From Patescibacteria group bacterium (GTDB lineage Bacteria; Patescibacteriota; Minisyncoccia; Phycocordibacterales; PALSA-1337), in the NCBI GenBank assembly GCA_040388415.1, contig JAZKBV010000001.1:10369-74368 (forward strand): a stretch of DNA of 64,000 bases. The letters run 5' to 3'. Position 1 is the first letter of the stretch. Each line of letters begins with the position of its first letter. The notes under the pieces are model-generated. The model did not search any database and was not told where the DNA came from. It saw only the letters and a program-made list of their open reading frames with translations. Of the stretch, positions 37,722 through 51,400 are shown one piece after another. The position numbers and the translations under genes were made by a program.

Positions 37722-38606
37722 ATGAAAAAGGACCAGATAATCATAGACGGAAAGACCTACATCTCGGCGCGCCGAGGTGCCGAGATTGCCGGATATTCAG
37801 CGGATTATGTTGGCCAACTCTGTAGAGCGGGAAAAATAGATTGCGCAATGATCGGACGTAGTTGGTATGTCGGCGAAGAATCTATTTTGAAGCACCAAGA
37901 AGAAGCATTCAAAGCAAATCAAACTTCATTCAAACCGAATGAAATAAAAAGTCCTTACTCGCATGCGCCTGTCAGTGTATTTCCTTTGCTTTTGACGGGA
38001 CCACATGGAGGAGCAGTCTCTGCAATTCCTCGTACTATGTCTGAGCAGGTGGTTCATGCAGCCCATCAAGTTGCTCATGAGGCCAATCGTGCCACACCTC
38101 GCGCACTTGTAGCCTCACTCGTTATTACTGCGGTGGTTGGAGTCGGTGCTTTGCTCGTGTCACCACTCTTCATGTCTTTGGATGCAATCTCATCTGAAGA
38201 ATCAAATTCAGCATCTGTTGTACAAGCTGACGGGTCAGTCAGTGCGACATCATTTATACAAAAGAGTTTGCGTGCGATTTATGACGCTTCAGTTAAATAT
38301 ACGGCGCTCGGTATTGTTCCATCTGTCACCGCTTCTGCTGATCAGACATCAAACGATGCTGATCCATATCAGGAGCTCGCGTACGGCGGTCTTGTGGTGA
38401 CGCCTTCACAAGGTACGACGACAGATGCAAAGCTCGCAAATGCTATCACCAACTCATTTTCTGACCCAGTCGAAGTTCGCAAGAATGAAAATACAAACAC
38501 AGGAGTCATCACCCCAATGTTCCGCACCGTGAAGGGACATGACTTTATGTATGTATTGGTACCAGTACAGACAACATCGTCGACTTCTAACAATGACTCA
38601 AAATAA
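37722..38606 (+). CDS. Membrane-tethered HTH_17 (excisionase-type helix-turn-helix) protein with extracytoplasmic Ser/Thr-rich domain
   Basis: The N-terminal 60 aa (YISARRGAEIAGYSADYVGQLCRAGKIDCAMIGRSWYV) resembles the HTH_17 domain. A single TM helix spans aa 128-150 and the C-terminal half is S/T-rich. It is the first gene of the giant-protein locus. Confidence 0.5.
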   Translation: MKKDQIIIDGKTYISARRGAEIAGYSADYVGQLCRAGKIDCAMIGRSWYVGEESILKHQEEAFKANQTSFKPNEIKSPYSHAPVSVFPLLLTGPHGGAVSAIPRTMSEQVVHAAHQVAHEANRATPRALVASLVITAVVGVGALLVSPLFMSLDAISSEESNSASVVQADGSVSATSFIQKSLRAIYDASVKYTALGIVPSVTASADQTSNDADPYQELAYGGLVVTPSQGTTTDAKLANAITNSFSDPVEVRKNENTNTGVITPMFRTVKGHDFMYVLVPVQTTSSTSNNDSK

Positions 38607-38607
38607 T

Positions 38608-39405
38608 ATGAAAACTCCATTCATGAACAATTTGAAGTCATTCAGAGTCGATTACGATAAGGTCTTCGCATTTATCGCTTTCTTGTCTCTCATCTCATAT
38701 TTCTTCGCTTCTTATGTCTTTGCGCAGAACATGTCGAGCACGAACTATTCGATTCCTGATCAGAGTATCAATTTTGCTGGTAAACTTTCTTCATCGACGA
38801 ACTATACTGTCGAAGATACGGCTGGTGAAGTTGCTACTGGCTTTGCTTCAAGCACGAACTATGGCATCAGTGCAGGTTATCAGCAGATGAATATCGTCAC
38901 TCTTTCAGTTGTTCCACCTTCAAATGTCATCATGTCTTCAGCTCTCGGTGGTGTTTCAGGTGGTAGTTCGAACGGTTCGACAACCTTTACAGTCACTACA
39001 GATGATGCTGCGGGTTATACGGCGACGATTACGGCTAGTTCTTCTCCTGCACTGGTCAGTGGAGCCAATTCTTTCGCTGATTATAGCCCTGCTGGCGCCG
39101 CTCCTGACTATACCTACTCGATCTTGCCAACAAACTCAAACTTTGGCTTCTCAGTACAAGGGACTGATACTGATCAACGCTTCAAGAATAACGGCTCGAT
39201 CTGCAATACAGGCTCAAATACGACAGCGACTACATGCTGGGACGGTCTCTCGACCTCACCAAAGACCATTGCTGGTCGTACAACGAACAATACGCCATCA
39301 GGAACGCAGACGGTGTTGTATTTCCGCGCAGCAACCGGGTCGAACCATATTCAAGTTAATGGCACCTATGTTGCAACAACAACACTGACCGTGACCCCGC
39401 TATAA
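38608..39405 (+). CDS. Secreted protein, member 1 of a 3-copy paralog family in this window (signal anchor, Ser/Thr/Asn-rich beta-rich body, conserved Cys pair)
   Basis: It shares blocks with 59815..60519 and 61594..62289, including MSSALGGVSGGSSNG...TTDDAAGYTATITASSS, FKNNGS.CNTG...C and a C-terminal TYVATTTLTVTP. It has an N-terminal hydrophobic helix. Confidence 0.6.
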   Translation: MKTPFMNNLKSFRVDYDKVFAFIAFLSLISYFFASYVFAQNMSSTNYSIPDQSINFAGKLSSSTNYTVEDTAGEVATGFASSTNYGISAGYQQMNIVTLSVVPPSNVIMSSALGGVSGGSSNGSTTFTVTTDDAAGYTATITASSSPALVSGANSFADYSPAGAAPDYTYSILPTNSNFGFSVQGTDTDQRFKNNGSICNTGSNTTATTCWDGLSTSPKTIAGRTTNNTPSGTQTVLYFRAATGSNHIQVNGTYVATTTLTVTPL

Positions 39406-39411
39406 ACCGAT

Positions 39412-42400
39412 ATGAAGCATTTTATCTACACAACTCTCGTACTTGTCGGACTCTTCACACAGAGCGCCTTTCCAGTACGTGCATCAGTTGGTAGTACGTT
39501 CACTGCTTCATTCACCACGACTGGCGTTGTAGATTCGATCGCTCCTACGACACCAGTTGGAGTAACAGCGACTCCAGTGTCTCAGTCACAGATCAATCTT
39601 TCATGGACACCTTCAACTGATAACATTGGTGTTGCCGGATATGTCATCTTCCGCGATGCATCTGCGGTTGCTACAACATCAGTTGCATCATTTGTTGATA
39701 CCGGATTGGTCGCAAGCACAACATACACATATGAGGCGCAAGCATTCGATACATCATTTAATTATTCAAGTACATCAGCTGCAGTATCTACGACAACACT
39801 TCCGGTTCCTCCAGTCATCGTGGCTACGTCAACGCCGACAACCTCACCAGTAGTTTCTGGTGGCACTTCAGGTACACCATTTATCCATGGATTGAACATT
39901 GCAGTGCAACCAACCGAGGCTTCGGTCACATTCAATACTGCACGTCCAGCGCGTTCAACTATCTCATGGGGTACAACATCAGATCTCGAAGGAGGTTCGA
40001 TCACCAGTATTTTGTACGATACAACACATGCAGTCACTATTTCGAATCTCGTGCCCAATACGCACTACTTCGCACGCATCACTGTAGTCGACGCACGTGG
40101 CAATCAGTTTGCGTCTTCGATCGAATTTGTCACGCCAACTCTCATATATTCACCACTCGTCAACCCATCTAACTTCAGCGCACAGTTCGCGACTGTCGGA
40201 CGCACCGGAGTCAATCTCACCTGGACAAATCCAAACGATGCTCGTTTTGACTCTGTGCGCATCGTTCGTTCTGAAAGCTTCTTCCCACGCGATCAGTTTG
40301 ACGGCGTGCTCATATATGAGGGTGCACGCGAATCGTTCTTCGATGCAACAGCTATTCCTGGCAAGACATACTACTACGCTATTTTTGCAAAGGATGCGAA
40401 CGGTGCATATTCATCAGGTGCATTGGCACAGGCTTCATCGGTTGTCGGCACAAATCCATTCGTCACTGCGCCACAAGCTGGCTATGTCGATCCGCTCATC
40501 GCACGTTTGACGATCGCTGACTTTGAATTCATCCAGCAGGGCAAAGATCTCATGGTGAATGGTACAAGCACGGTCATGATCAACGGTATGAACAACCTCA
40601 CGATCCGTTTGCCCTACAACAAAGTTCCTGAAGTGTTGAAGACGATCGCAGTTTCTCTCACTGATCCAAAAGACTCATCAAAGGCATTTATCTTCCTACT
40701 CCGCGCAAACACAGAGAAGACATACTACGAGGCAAGCATCGGTGCGCTCAACGCAGTTGGTTCATTCCCATTAGCTATCAGCATCCTCGATTATCAAAAT
40801 CAGAGCTTGAAACAGATCGCCGGTTCAGTCCAAGCTCTCGTTTTTGCTGCGCAAGCTTCTTCAAATGACACAGACCAGCTTTTGCTCTTGATCATCCTTG
40901 TCGCATTGGTTGCTCTTGTGGTCTACGTGATTCGTGGACGTCGTACGGTCGGTATGAACAAGATGACTGGCGCAACGCTTGCTCTCATCTTGGTGTTCGG
41001 ATCATTCGGAACATTCTTTACTCCACAAGCTCACGCTGCGATCAATCAGCAGATCAATTATCAGGGCAAACTAACCAATGCATCGAACATCGCTGTCGCT
41101 GATGGAAGTTACATCGCATCGTTCAGTTTGTATACGGCTCCATCAGGTGGCGCAGCGATCTGGACTGAGCTCGATAACGGATCAAATAAAGTTGTTGTCA
41201 GAAATGGACTCTTTAGTGTCATGCTCGGTTCGACAACACCTCTCACGGGAGTTGATTTCAATCAGACATTGTATCTCGGCGTGACAATCGAAAGTGATTC
41301 AGAAATGACGCCCCGCAAGGTTATCGGCACGGTGCCTTCAGCTATCGTCGCGCAAACTCTTCAGAACATCACTCCCGGTCAGTTGCTCCGCAGTGATATT
41401 CAAAACTCAACATCGACATCAGCAACATTCCTCAATGTATTGCAGAGTGGAGCAGGAAAGATTGCCGAGTTCTTTGGTCAGTCGAGTTTCAGTGTATTCT
41501 CACTTCTTTCAAATGGAAATGTTGGCGTCGGTACATCGACACCAGGTTCACGTTTTGCTATCGCAGGTGCAGCTGGCGCGACCACAGCGCTCTTTAGCGT
41601 TTCAACGTCGACATCAGGTTTTGCGACAACAACGACATTCCAAATCGATCAGAACGGTAGCCTCGCTCTCAGAAATGGCGCGACACTCACATTGAACAAT
41701 TTAAACGGTCCATTGCAGGCGAACAACGGCGTTGTATCAGCGACATCATCAGTAGGTGTGTTGTATGGAGGTACTGGAATTACGACAGCTCCAGCGTACG
41801 GCAACCTCTTGATTGGAAATAACACAGGAGGTTACACGCTTACTGCGACATCTTCACTTGGTCTCGCCAACTTAACTGCAACAAATAGTACCCTCACATT
41901 TTCAGGTGCATATAATGGAAGTACTGCTCGCACAGTTGGTATCAACTTGGCTAATTCAAATACATGGACAGTCAATCAAGCATTTAATGCAAATGATAGT
42001 ACATCTGGCTCTATAAAAATTCAAAACGGTTCAGTCACTTCGAATTCGGGAGTTATCGGTATCGCAGGTTCATCAAATGCGCTCGCCACTGGAGCGGCGT
42101 CAGGGGATTTTGTGCTCAGTACAGATTTTTCTAATATTATCTTCTCGGCAAAGAGCGGGTCACGATCTGACATCTATATCAGAAGTAGTGATGGATATGT
42201 CGGCATCGGTACCACCTCACCATTTGCAAGACTTTCAGTCGACGGTCGCGGTGTCTTCAATCAAGATGTCCGTGCTGATTACTACACAGCAACTTCAACC
42301 TCGATCGCTTCAACTTTCCCATATGCTTCAACAACTGCTCTTACAGTTGCAGGTACAAATGGTCTTACGGTTGGTACATTGAATGGTCCTCTCCAAGCAA

Positions 42401-45400
42401 ATAACGGAACAGTTTCAGCAACCTCATCAATTGGTGTTCTCTACGGTGGCACTGGACTCACCACTGCTCCTACGTATGGCCAAGTGCTCGTAGGTAATGC
42501 TCTTGGTGGTTATACGCTTACCGCGACATCTTCACTCGGTTTCCCAGTTGGCGCTGCATATCCATTCACCTCACTCACCAACTATGGTGCAACTAACCAA
42601 GCAACCACGGGCATCGCATGGTTCCAGAATGGGTTGAATGCAAGTTCGACATCGCACTTTGTGAATGCATCTACCACCGCGCTCACTGTCGCAGGCAACC
42701 TCTATGTTGGCTCACTCAGTGGCCTCCTCCTTGCAACTAACGGCACAGTTTCATCAGTCTCAACTTCATCACTTAACCTTTCAATACCTCTCGCTTCAAC
42801 AACAGGAACACTTGGTGTTGCAAACGGCGGCACAGGGGCAACGGCCTTCGGACAAGGATGGATCTACTCAGTCGGTGGCACCGGAGCATTGAGTGCTTCT
42901 ACAAGTCCAACGGTTACATTCCTTTATGCAACTTCAACCTCGATCGCCTCAACCTTCCCATACGCTTCAACCACAGCGCTCACCGTGTCAAACGGCGCAG
43001 GATTCTTCCTCGGCTCACTCAACGGCCCACTCCAAGCAAATAACGGAAAGGTAAGTGCAACCTCATCAGTTGGTGTTCTCTACGGTGGCACCGGACTCAC
43101 AACAGCCCCTTCATATGGCAATATCTTGGTTGGTAATGCTCTCGGCGGGTATACGTTGACCGCGACTTCATCTCTCGGCATCACAGGTGTATCAGGTGGC
43201 ACCGCAGGCATGCTCACCTCATGGACTGGCGGTTCAACTCTCACTGCAACTGGTACTCCAACAGCTGCTGCATACTATGCTTCATCGACGACTGCGACAT
43301 CAACGTTCATGGGTGGTTTCGTTGCTGGCACGAACGGACTGACGGTGCTTCAGAATGGCAATGTCGGCATTGGAAATACAGCTCCACTTAATAAGTTCGA
43401 TGTGACCGGCAGTTTTAATTCGCAGTCACTAGATGGACAATCGATCAGAAACAATGATTCAGAAGGCATCGTTCTCGATGATGGCGGCAATGGGACAGGA
43501 ATCAGGCTTACCTCGTTGGGCACTGAATTTAGAGTCGATGGCAATAATGGCGCTTTCTTGTTCAATTCTGGAAACGTCGGCATCGGCACGTCATCACCAT
43601 TCACGGCTCTCTCAGTCATGGGTAATGGATATTTCGCAGGCAATGTCACCGCATCAAACTTCACTGCAACATCTACAACAGCGACAAGTACCTTCCCGAT
43701 CTTGAGACAAGGTGAAATCGCTATCATCGATCCTCTCGGAAGTGCAAAGTATGTCGTTGCTACCACCTCAACTGATGTAGGACGCGGAAATGCTTTGAAG
43801 TATGCTGTTTCGATCGCCCAAAACGGTTCTTCGATATACCTCGCATCTACGACGTATGATCTCGGAAACTCGACCCTGGATTTGAGTCGATTGAATACAT
43901 TTTTTGTTCATCTGCATGGTGCTGGCAAGTATAGTACAGTCATCAAGAGCACTGCCACATTTGGTGTTCTCGATATCAATTCAGGCGAAGAGATAACAGA
44001 TCTGTCTGTCATAAATCCAAGTTATATCGGTATCAATTCTATAGAAGCATTCCGTAATGTTCTTATAAAGGATGTTTACATTCTAGCGGGAACAGTGGGT
44101 ATGTCATTGACGCCTGATAGAGATGGAACTGGCTACATAGAGAACGTAACGATCGATTCAAAGGGCGATGGCATACAAATGGCAAATGGAGTCTATGACA
44201 GCACTATGATGAGGATCTTCATACACGATTCCGATATCCGTGGAATACCAGGCGGCTCATCGACTGCGTATGGTATCAAGGCCGATGGTGTGACCGCGTA
44301 CATTTATAATACGAACATAGATATGTCAGCGTCAGGCGGCGCGACCTCGTATGGTCTTGAAGTTAGCGAGCGAAATGATTACCCCGGATATCTCTACGTA
44401 TCAGGCGGACAAATCTCGTCCAAGACCACGGACTTGGTGAATACTGCTGGAACGCCAGACAGTACGCTTTCTATCACTGCAAACACGATCTACGATGTTT
44501 CAAAGGCAACTGGGACACTTGCATACGCTGACGCGAATCAGATAATTAAAAGCATTTCGCATGGGACAGAAAATCTAGGCTTGGGAAGTCCAAATCCAAC
44601 ACATAAATTGGAGGTTAACGGTACCTCATTCTTTGAGTGTGGCGATGTTGATGATGCCTTTTCAGTGTACGATACTCCTGATGCTATAAGCAGACTTAAA
44701 GTTAATTGTGACAATCCATCTGTCGTTCTAAATAACCTTATGACAGTAACAGAGGGCGCTGTCGGCATCGGCACCAGCTCGCCATTCACTGATCTCTCAG
44801 TTGTTGGCAATGGATACTTCACGGGCAATCTCACTGCAACAAATATTACAGCGACAGGCACACTCAAGGTTGGTACTCTTAACGGTCCGCTCCAAGCGAA
44901 TAATGGTATCGTCAGTGCAACTACATCGGTCGGTGTTCGTTACGGAGGTACAGGGCTCACGACCGCTCCTTCATATGGAAATATTCTTGTTGGAAACAAT
45001 GCAGGAGGTTACACACTCACTGCGACGTCATCGCTCGGTCTCGGTTCAGGCACTGTCAACTCTGGTCTTCAGGGACAGGTAGCGTTCTATAATGCAAATG
45101 GTACCGCTGTTACTGGTACTTCAACGTTGTTCGTTGGGACGAATGGAAATGTTGGAGTCGGGACGACATCGTCAAGTGAAAAATTGACCGTCAATGGAAA
45201 TCTTCATTTAGTGAATTCAGCAAGCAACGCATTCGATGGATTTACTATCGATGCAAATAATGGCGAGACTGGTATCTTGCGTGCGCCAGGTGCTTCAAGT
45301 GCTGCTCTCCAATTTATTGCTGGAACAGGTAATTCAGGTGGTTACTTCGGAATTAGAAATTCAGGTGGAACGAACGGTACTGGTCAATTCTTCTTTAACT

Positions 45401-48400
45401 CAACACAACTTTCACAGGATGTTCAATTTGAAACTAATTTTGCTAACTCATATCTTGGAAATGATGGAAGCATGAATTTGAACAACACTCTCTATATGCC
45501 AGCTGGGGCGGGAAGTATCGGTATCGGAACGGATGCTCCAGGAAGCGTATTACACCTTAAGTCAGTTAATCCAACGCTTACCGTTCAAAATAACGGCGCT
45601 GACGGTGTCGATTCAATATCTTTTGTTGATGATGAAGCTGAAAAGGCATCTATAAAAATGGATGCAGGAAACAATTTGTTCAGCCTATCAAGCAATTACA
45701 ATATTGCATTGTTGTCTAATAACAACGTCGGTATCGGAACCGCTGCTCCTGCATATGCTCTCGATGTCAACGGCTTCGTGAACGTGGATGGTGCATATGG
45801 ATACAAGCAAGATGGAACCACGATCCTCGTCGCAAGCAGCACAACATTGTCTGTATTGCTTGGTGGCAATGCGGGCGCATCGCTCACAGATCCAAATGGT
45901 CTCAGTAATACCGCGATCGGTTTCAATACATTGTCTACAGCAACATCTTCGGTTGAAAATACTGCTGTTGGTTACAATGCGCTCGCAAACAATGGCACAA
46001 ACTACAATACCGCCGTCGGTACCTGGTCAATGTATGCCAATACATTTGGTATCGATAACACTGCTATCGGTGGATATAGCCTTCGTTCAAATACGACAGG
46101 TTCAAGCAGTGCTGCGGGAGGTACATCAGCGCTCCAGGCAAATACAACAGGTTCGTTTAACACCGCTTTTGGTAAATCTTCGCTTCGTTTTAACACCACT
46201 GGTTCAAACAATACCGCTCTTGGTTTTCGTGCATTATTCAACTCTCTCGGCACAGGAAATATCGGCATCGGTTATTCAGCAGGAAAGTATGAGACTGGTT
46301 CAGACTCATTCTATGTAGACAACCAAGATAGAACAAACACAGCGGGAGATAAGGCTAGCGCACTCTTGTATGGTAAATTCAATGCGACAGCTGCGAACCA
46401 GACGCTCGTCATCAATGCATCAACTACTGTCGCGCAGAGCTTGAGCGTCCTTGGTTCAGGTGCCTCATACTTCCTTGGTAACCTCGGTATCGGTACAAGT
46501 TCACCATTTACAAAGTTTGCAGTCATGGGTGACGGTTACTATGCAGGAAATGTAAAAGCTTCAAACTTTACCGCTACCTCGTCTACTGCATCAAGTTTCC
46601 CATATGCTTCAACCACCGCGCTCACTGTCGCAGGCAACCTCTATGTTGGCTCACTCAGCGGCCTCCTCCTTGGAACAAACGGCACCGTCTCGGCAGTATC
46701 AACCTCATCACTTAACCTTTCAATCCCTCTTGCTTCAACAACAGGAACGCTGGGTGTCGCTAATGGTGGCACCGGAGCAACGACCTTCAGCCAAGGTTGG
46801 ATATATTCAACAGGTGGTACAACAGCACTCTCAGCTTCCACGAGTCCAACAGTCAACTACTTCACTGCAACTTCAACCACGATCGCTTCAACATTCCCAT
46901 ACGCTTCAACAACAGCTCTTACAGTTGCCGGCACAAACGGTCTCAAGGTCGGAACACTGAACGGCCCACTCCAAGCTAACAACGGTACAGTATCAGCAAC
47001 CTCATCAGTTGGTGTTCTCTACGGTGGCACAGGACTCACTACAGCTCCTGCATATGGTCAGGTCCTCGTCGGTAACGCACTTGGTGGTTACACTCTCACT
47101 GCTACGTCGTCACTTGGTATTACAGGAGTATCAGGTGGCACCGCAGGCATGCTCACCTCATGGACAGGGGGATCAACGCTCACCGCAACCGGCACTCCAA
47201 CAGCTGCTGCATACTATGCTTCATCGACGACAGCGACATCGACGTTCCGTGGCGGTTTGAGTGTTGCTGGCTCAGCAGGTCTCACTGTCCTTCAGAATGG
47301 CAATGTTGGTATCGGTACTGCATCTCCTAGTTATAAACTCCATGTCGCTGGCACTTTTGCTGTACAAACTGGTACCGGAGGCTCAACTAGTGATTCTCCA
47401 AGCTCTGATTCTTTCACCACAACATATCCTAATATCACTGCAAACAGCGTTACTGGTGATTATGGAGGTTTCTCATTTACATTCTATGATGACGGAAGCG
47501 GTAATCTTCTTGATACTGGTGATGATCATCAGATTGGAACAATTAACTATGTGAATGGAGTAGTAAGTACAGTTGATTTTGGTGATGATACAATCGACCA
47601 AATAAATTACACATATAGTGGCACGTATGCTTTAACTACTGATTCTAGTGGAAAAGTAGGTATCGGAACACTTTCTCATCTCTCAAATCTCGACGTTGGA
47701 GGCAATGTGGCTATCGGTTCATATGCCGGAACAAATGCCGCGCCAACTAATGGTCTCATTGTCAGCGGTAACGTTGGTATCGGCACTGCTTCACCTGAAC
47801 AAACTTTGCATGTGAAAGGTCCTCTACTTATAGAAGGTAATCCGACTCCGCGTTTGTATTTCAAATCAAATGATGGTAACTGGTTCGTGATAGATAGATA
47901 TTCTGGACAGGAATCATACAGCGGTTATTTTGGAGAGAATGGTGACACGGGTGATTTGTTCTTCCGTGGACAAGGCAGCTTCTATTTTGGTGACCAATCA
48001 ACACCAGCAATCCTCGCCAACGGCGCGACCAAAAAAGCGACATTTATATTTGCTTCAAGTACTGCATTTAGCACAGCATACGCATCATCAACAAGAGATT
48101 TCGTCGGCACGCTCAATCTCCCAAATATCACTGGCACACAATGTCTCCATTCGGTGAGCGGTGTAGTAAGTGGTACAGGAAGCGATTGCGCATCAGTTGC
48201 ATACCCATTCACCTCACTCACCAACTATGGTGCAACTAACCAAGCGACCACTGGCATCGCATGGTTCCAGAATGGCATCAATGCTTCAAGTACATCACAC
48301 TTTGTGAATGCTTCAACAACAGTTCTTTCGGCAACAGCGATTTGTATCTCAACTGACTGTCGTTCTGCATGGCCAACTGGTGGTGGCAGTGGGGGTGGCT

Positions 48401-51400
48401 CATGGTCAACGACTACGTCACAAGTTACAGGACGTCTCGTAAATTACTCAAACAATACGACTGATATCGTCGCTATCGGCGCAAACTCAACTACAACAGC
48501 GAAATATTGGTTTGATCCAAACACACAGACATCATTCTTGTCAGGCAATGTCGGTATAGGTACAACCTCGCCATTCACCGCGCTTTCAGTCATGGGTAAT
48601 GGTTACTTTGCTGGCAACGTCACTGCCTCGAACTTCACCGCTACTTCAACAGTTGCTTCAACTTTCCCATACGCTTCAACAACAGCTCTTACAGTTGCAG
48701 GTACAAATGGTCTTACGGTTGGTACATTGAATGGTCCTCTCCAAGCAAATAACGGAACAGTATCAGCAACCTCATCAGTCGGTGTTCTCTACGGTGGCAC
48801 AGGACTTACCACTGCTCCTACATACGGACAGATCTTGGTTGGAAACAATGCAGGAGGATACACGCTTACTGCAACTTCATCACTCGGTCTTCCAACATTC
48901 CAGTACCCATTCACCTCACTCACCAACTATGGTGCAACTAACCAAGCCACAACAGGTATCGCATGGTTCCAGAATGGTTTGAATGCGAGTTCGACTTCAC
49001 ACTTTGTGAATGCATCTACCACAGCTCTCACTGTCGCAGGCAACCTCTATGTTGGCTCACTCAGCGGCCTCCTCCTTGGAACAAACGGCACCGTCTCGGC
49101 AGTATCAACCTCATCACTTAACCTTTCAATCCCTCTTGCTTCAACAACAGGAACGCTGGGTGTCGCTAATGGTGGCACCGGAGCAACGACCTTCAGCCAA
49201 GGTTGGATATATTCAACAGGTGGTACAACAGCACTCTCAGCTTCCACGAGTCCAACAGTCAACTACTTCACTGCAACTTCAACCTCGATCGCTTCAACCT
49301 TCCCATACGCTTCAACAACAGCTTTTTCGGCGACTGGAAATGCATATGTAGGCGGTGCGCTTGCGGTCGGAAATCAATACATTGTCGCAACAGGAACGAA
49401 CGCTTTCGCATCAGGATATTCTGACGGTGCCGGAGGTCTCTCGTTGATAAAATCGACAGGTGTTGGCTCTGTGGCGCTTGGTTATGTATTAAATGCAGGT
49501 TCGATTAATTCAAATAATAGCGGATCTGTCGCGGTCGGATATGCGGGCTATGGAAACTCTATCAACTCACAAGCAGCAGGCTCTTTTGCTGGAGGAAATA
49601 CGACAATCTTGTCTGGAAACATCGTAGCGTCTGGAGCCGGCTCATTTGTATGGGGCAGCAATATCAGCGCGACTCAAAGCCTGTCGACTGCCTTTGGTAA
49701 AGGGTTCACTAACTCGACAGCAGATACATTCCAAGTTGGATATTCGTCAACGCCTACGCTTACTGTTAATACTACGGGTGTTGGTATTGGCACGACATCG
49801 CCATACGCACCTCTTTCGGTTAATGGTCAGGTAGTTGCATCATACTTCACCGCAACTACATCTACTGCTTCGGTATTCCCATACGCTTCAACAACAGCGC
49901 TCACAGTTGCTGGCACCAACGGTCTTACGGTTGGTACATTGAATGGTCCTCTCCAAGCAAACAATGGCACAGTTAGTGCAACCTCATCAGTTGGCGTCCT
50001 CTACGGAGGCACAGGACTCACTACAGCTCCTACGTATGGCCAAGTGCTCGTAGGTAATGCTCTTGGTGGTTACACATTGACCGCAACATCTTCACTCGGT
50101 TTCCCAGTTGGCGCTGCATATCCATTCACCTCACTCACGAACTATGGTGCAACCAACCAAGCAACCACTGGCATCGCCTGGTTCCAGAATGGGTTGAATG
50201 CAAGTTCGACATCGCACTTCGAGACAGCACTTTTCAATGGCAATGTCGGCATCGGCACCACCTCACCATTCACTGCTCTCTCAGTTATGGGCAATGGATA
50301 CTTCGCAAATAACGTCACTGCATCATATTTCACTGCAACTTCGACAACTGCAACATCAACATTCGCCGGTGATATCAGTGTCGGTTCAGGTGGCTCAGAT
50401 GCTTTCGTTGTTGATTACTCAGGTAACGTTGGTATCGGCACTTCTACACCATGGAAGACACTTTCAGTCGCGGGCAGTATGGTCCTCACCGGTGGCTTGT
50501 ATGACAACGCCGCTTCAGCTGGTACCGCAGGATATGTCCTCATGTCGACTGCAACAGGTGTACGCTGGGTTGCGACAACAACTTCTTCGGGTACATATTC
50601 ATTTACTCCTCTCACCAACTTCGGCGCAACGAATCAGGCAACCACGGGCATCGCATGGTTCCAGAATGGGTTGAATGCAAGTTCGACATCACATTTCGAC
50701 AATGCTTCAACGACAGTTTTGTCAGCAGCAACGATCTGTATCTCAACAGACTGTCGTTCAGCATGGCCAACAGGAGGCGGTAGTGGTTCGAGCTCATGGT
50801 CAACAACAACCTCATCAGTTGCAGGACGCTTCATCAACTACTCGAACAACACGACTGACATCGTCACTATTGGCGGCAACGCAACCACAACCGCAAAGTA
50901 CTGGTTCGATCCAAATGCATTCACTTCATTCTTCACTGGCAATGTCGGCATCGGCACCACTTCACCGTTCACCGCGCTTTCAGTTATGGGTAGTGGATAC
51001 TTTGCAAACAATGTGACCGCTTCGTATTTCACCGCAACTTCGACAACGGCAACAAGCACCTTCGCTGGAGATGTCACCGTTGGTTCAGGTTCAGATACAT
51101 ATTTTATCGTAGATTACACAGGCAACGTTGGTATCGGCAGTACCACACCATACGCAAAGCTCTCAGTTTCAAATGGCTCGCAGCAAGACGGAACATTGCC
51201 ACTTTTCACTATTGCTTCAACTACAAATCAGAGCCTGTTCGCTGTTCTTGGAAATGGAAATGTCACTATTGGAACCACTTCCCAGCAATCGATCGACCCA
51301 AACAATCCTGCTAAGCTGCTTATCGACATGGGCACTAGCCAGAGTGAAGAAGGGATAAATGTCATAGGCACTGTTAACGACTTTTTGGAAAACAATGTCA

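Noticed and set aside
42555-50740. CRISPR array or other noncoding tandem-repeat interpretation of the periodic repeats
   Set aside because: The repeats are in-frame protein-coding modules of 100-700 nt inside one continuous ORF. They have no short direct repeat plus unique spacer organisation and no cas genes.
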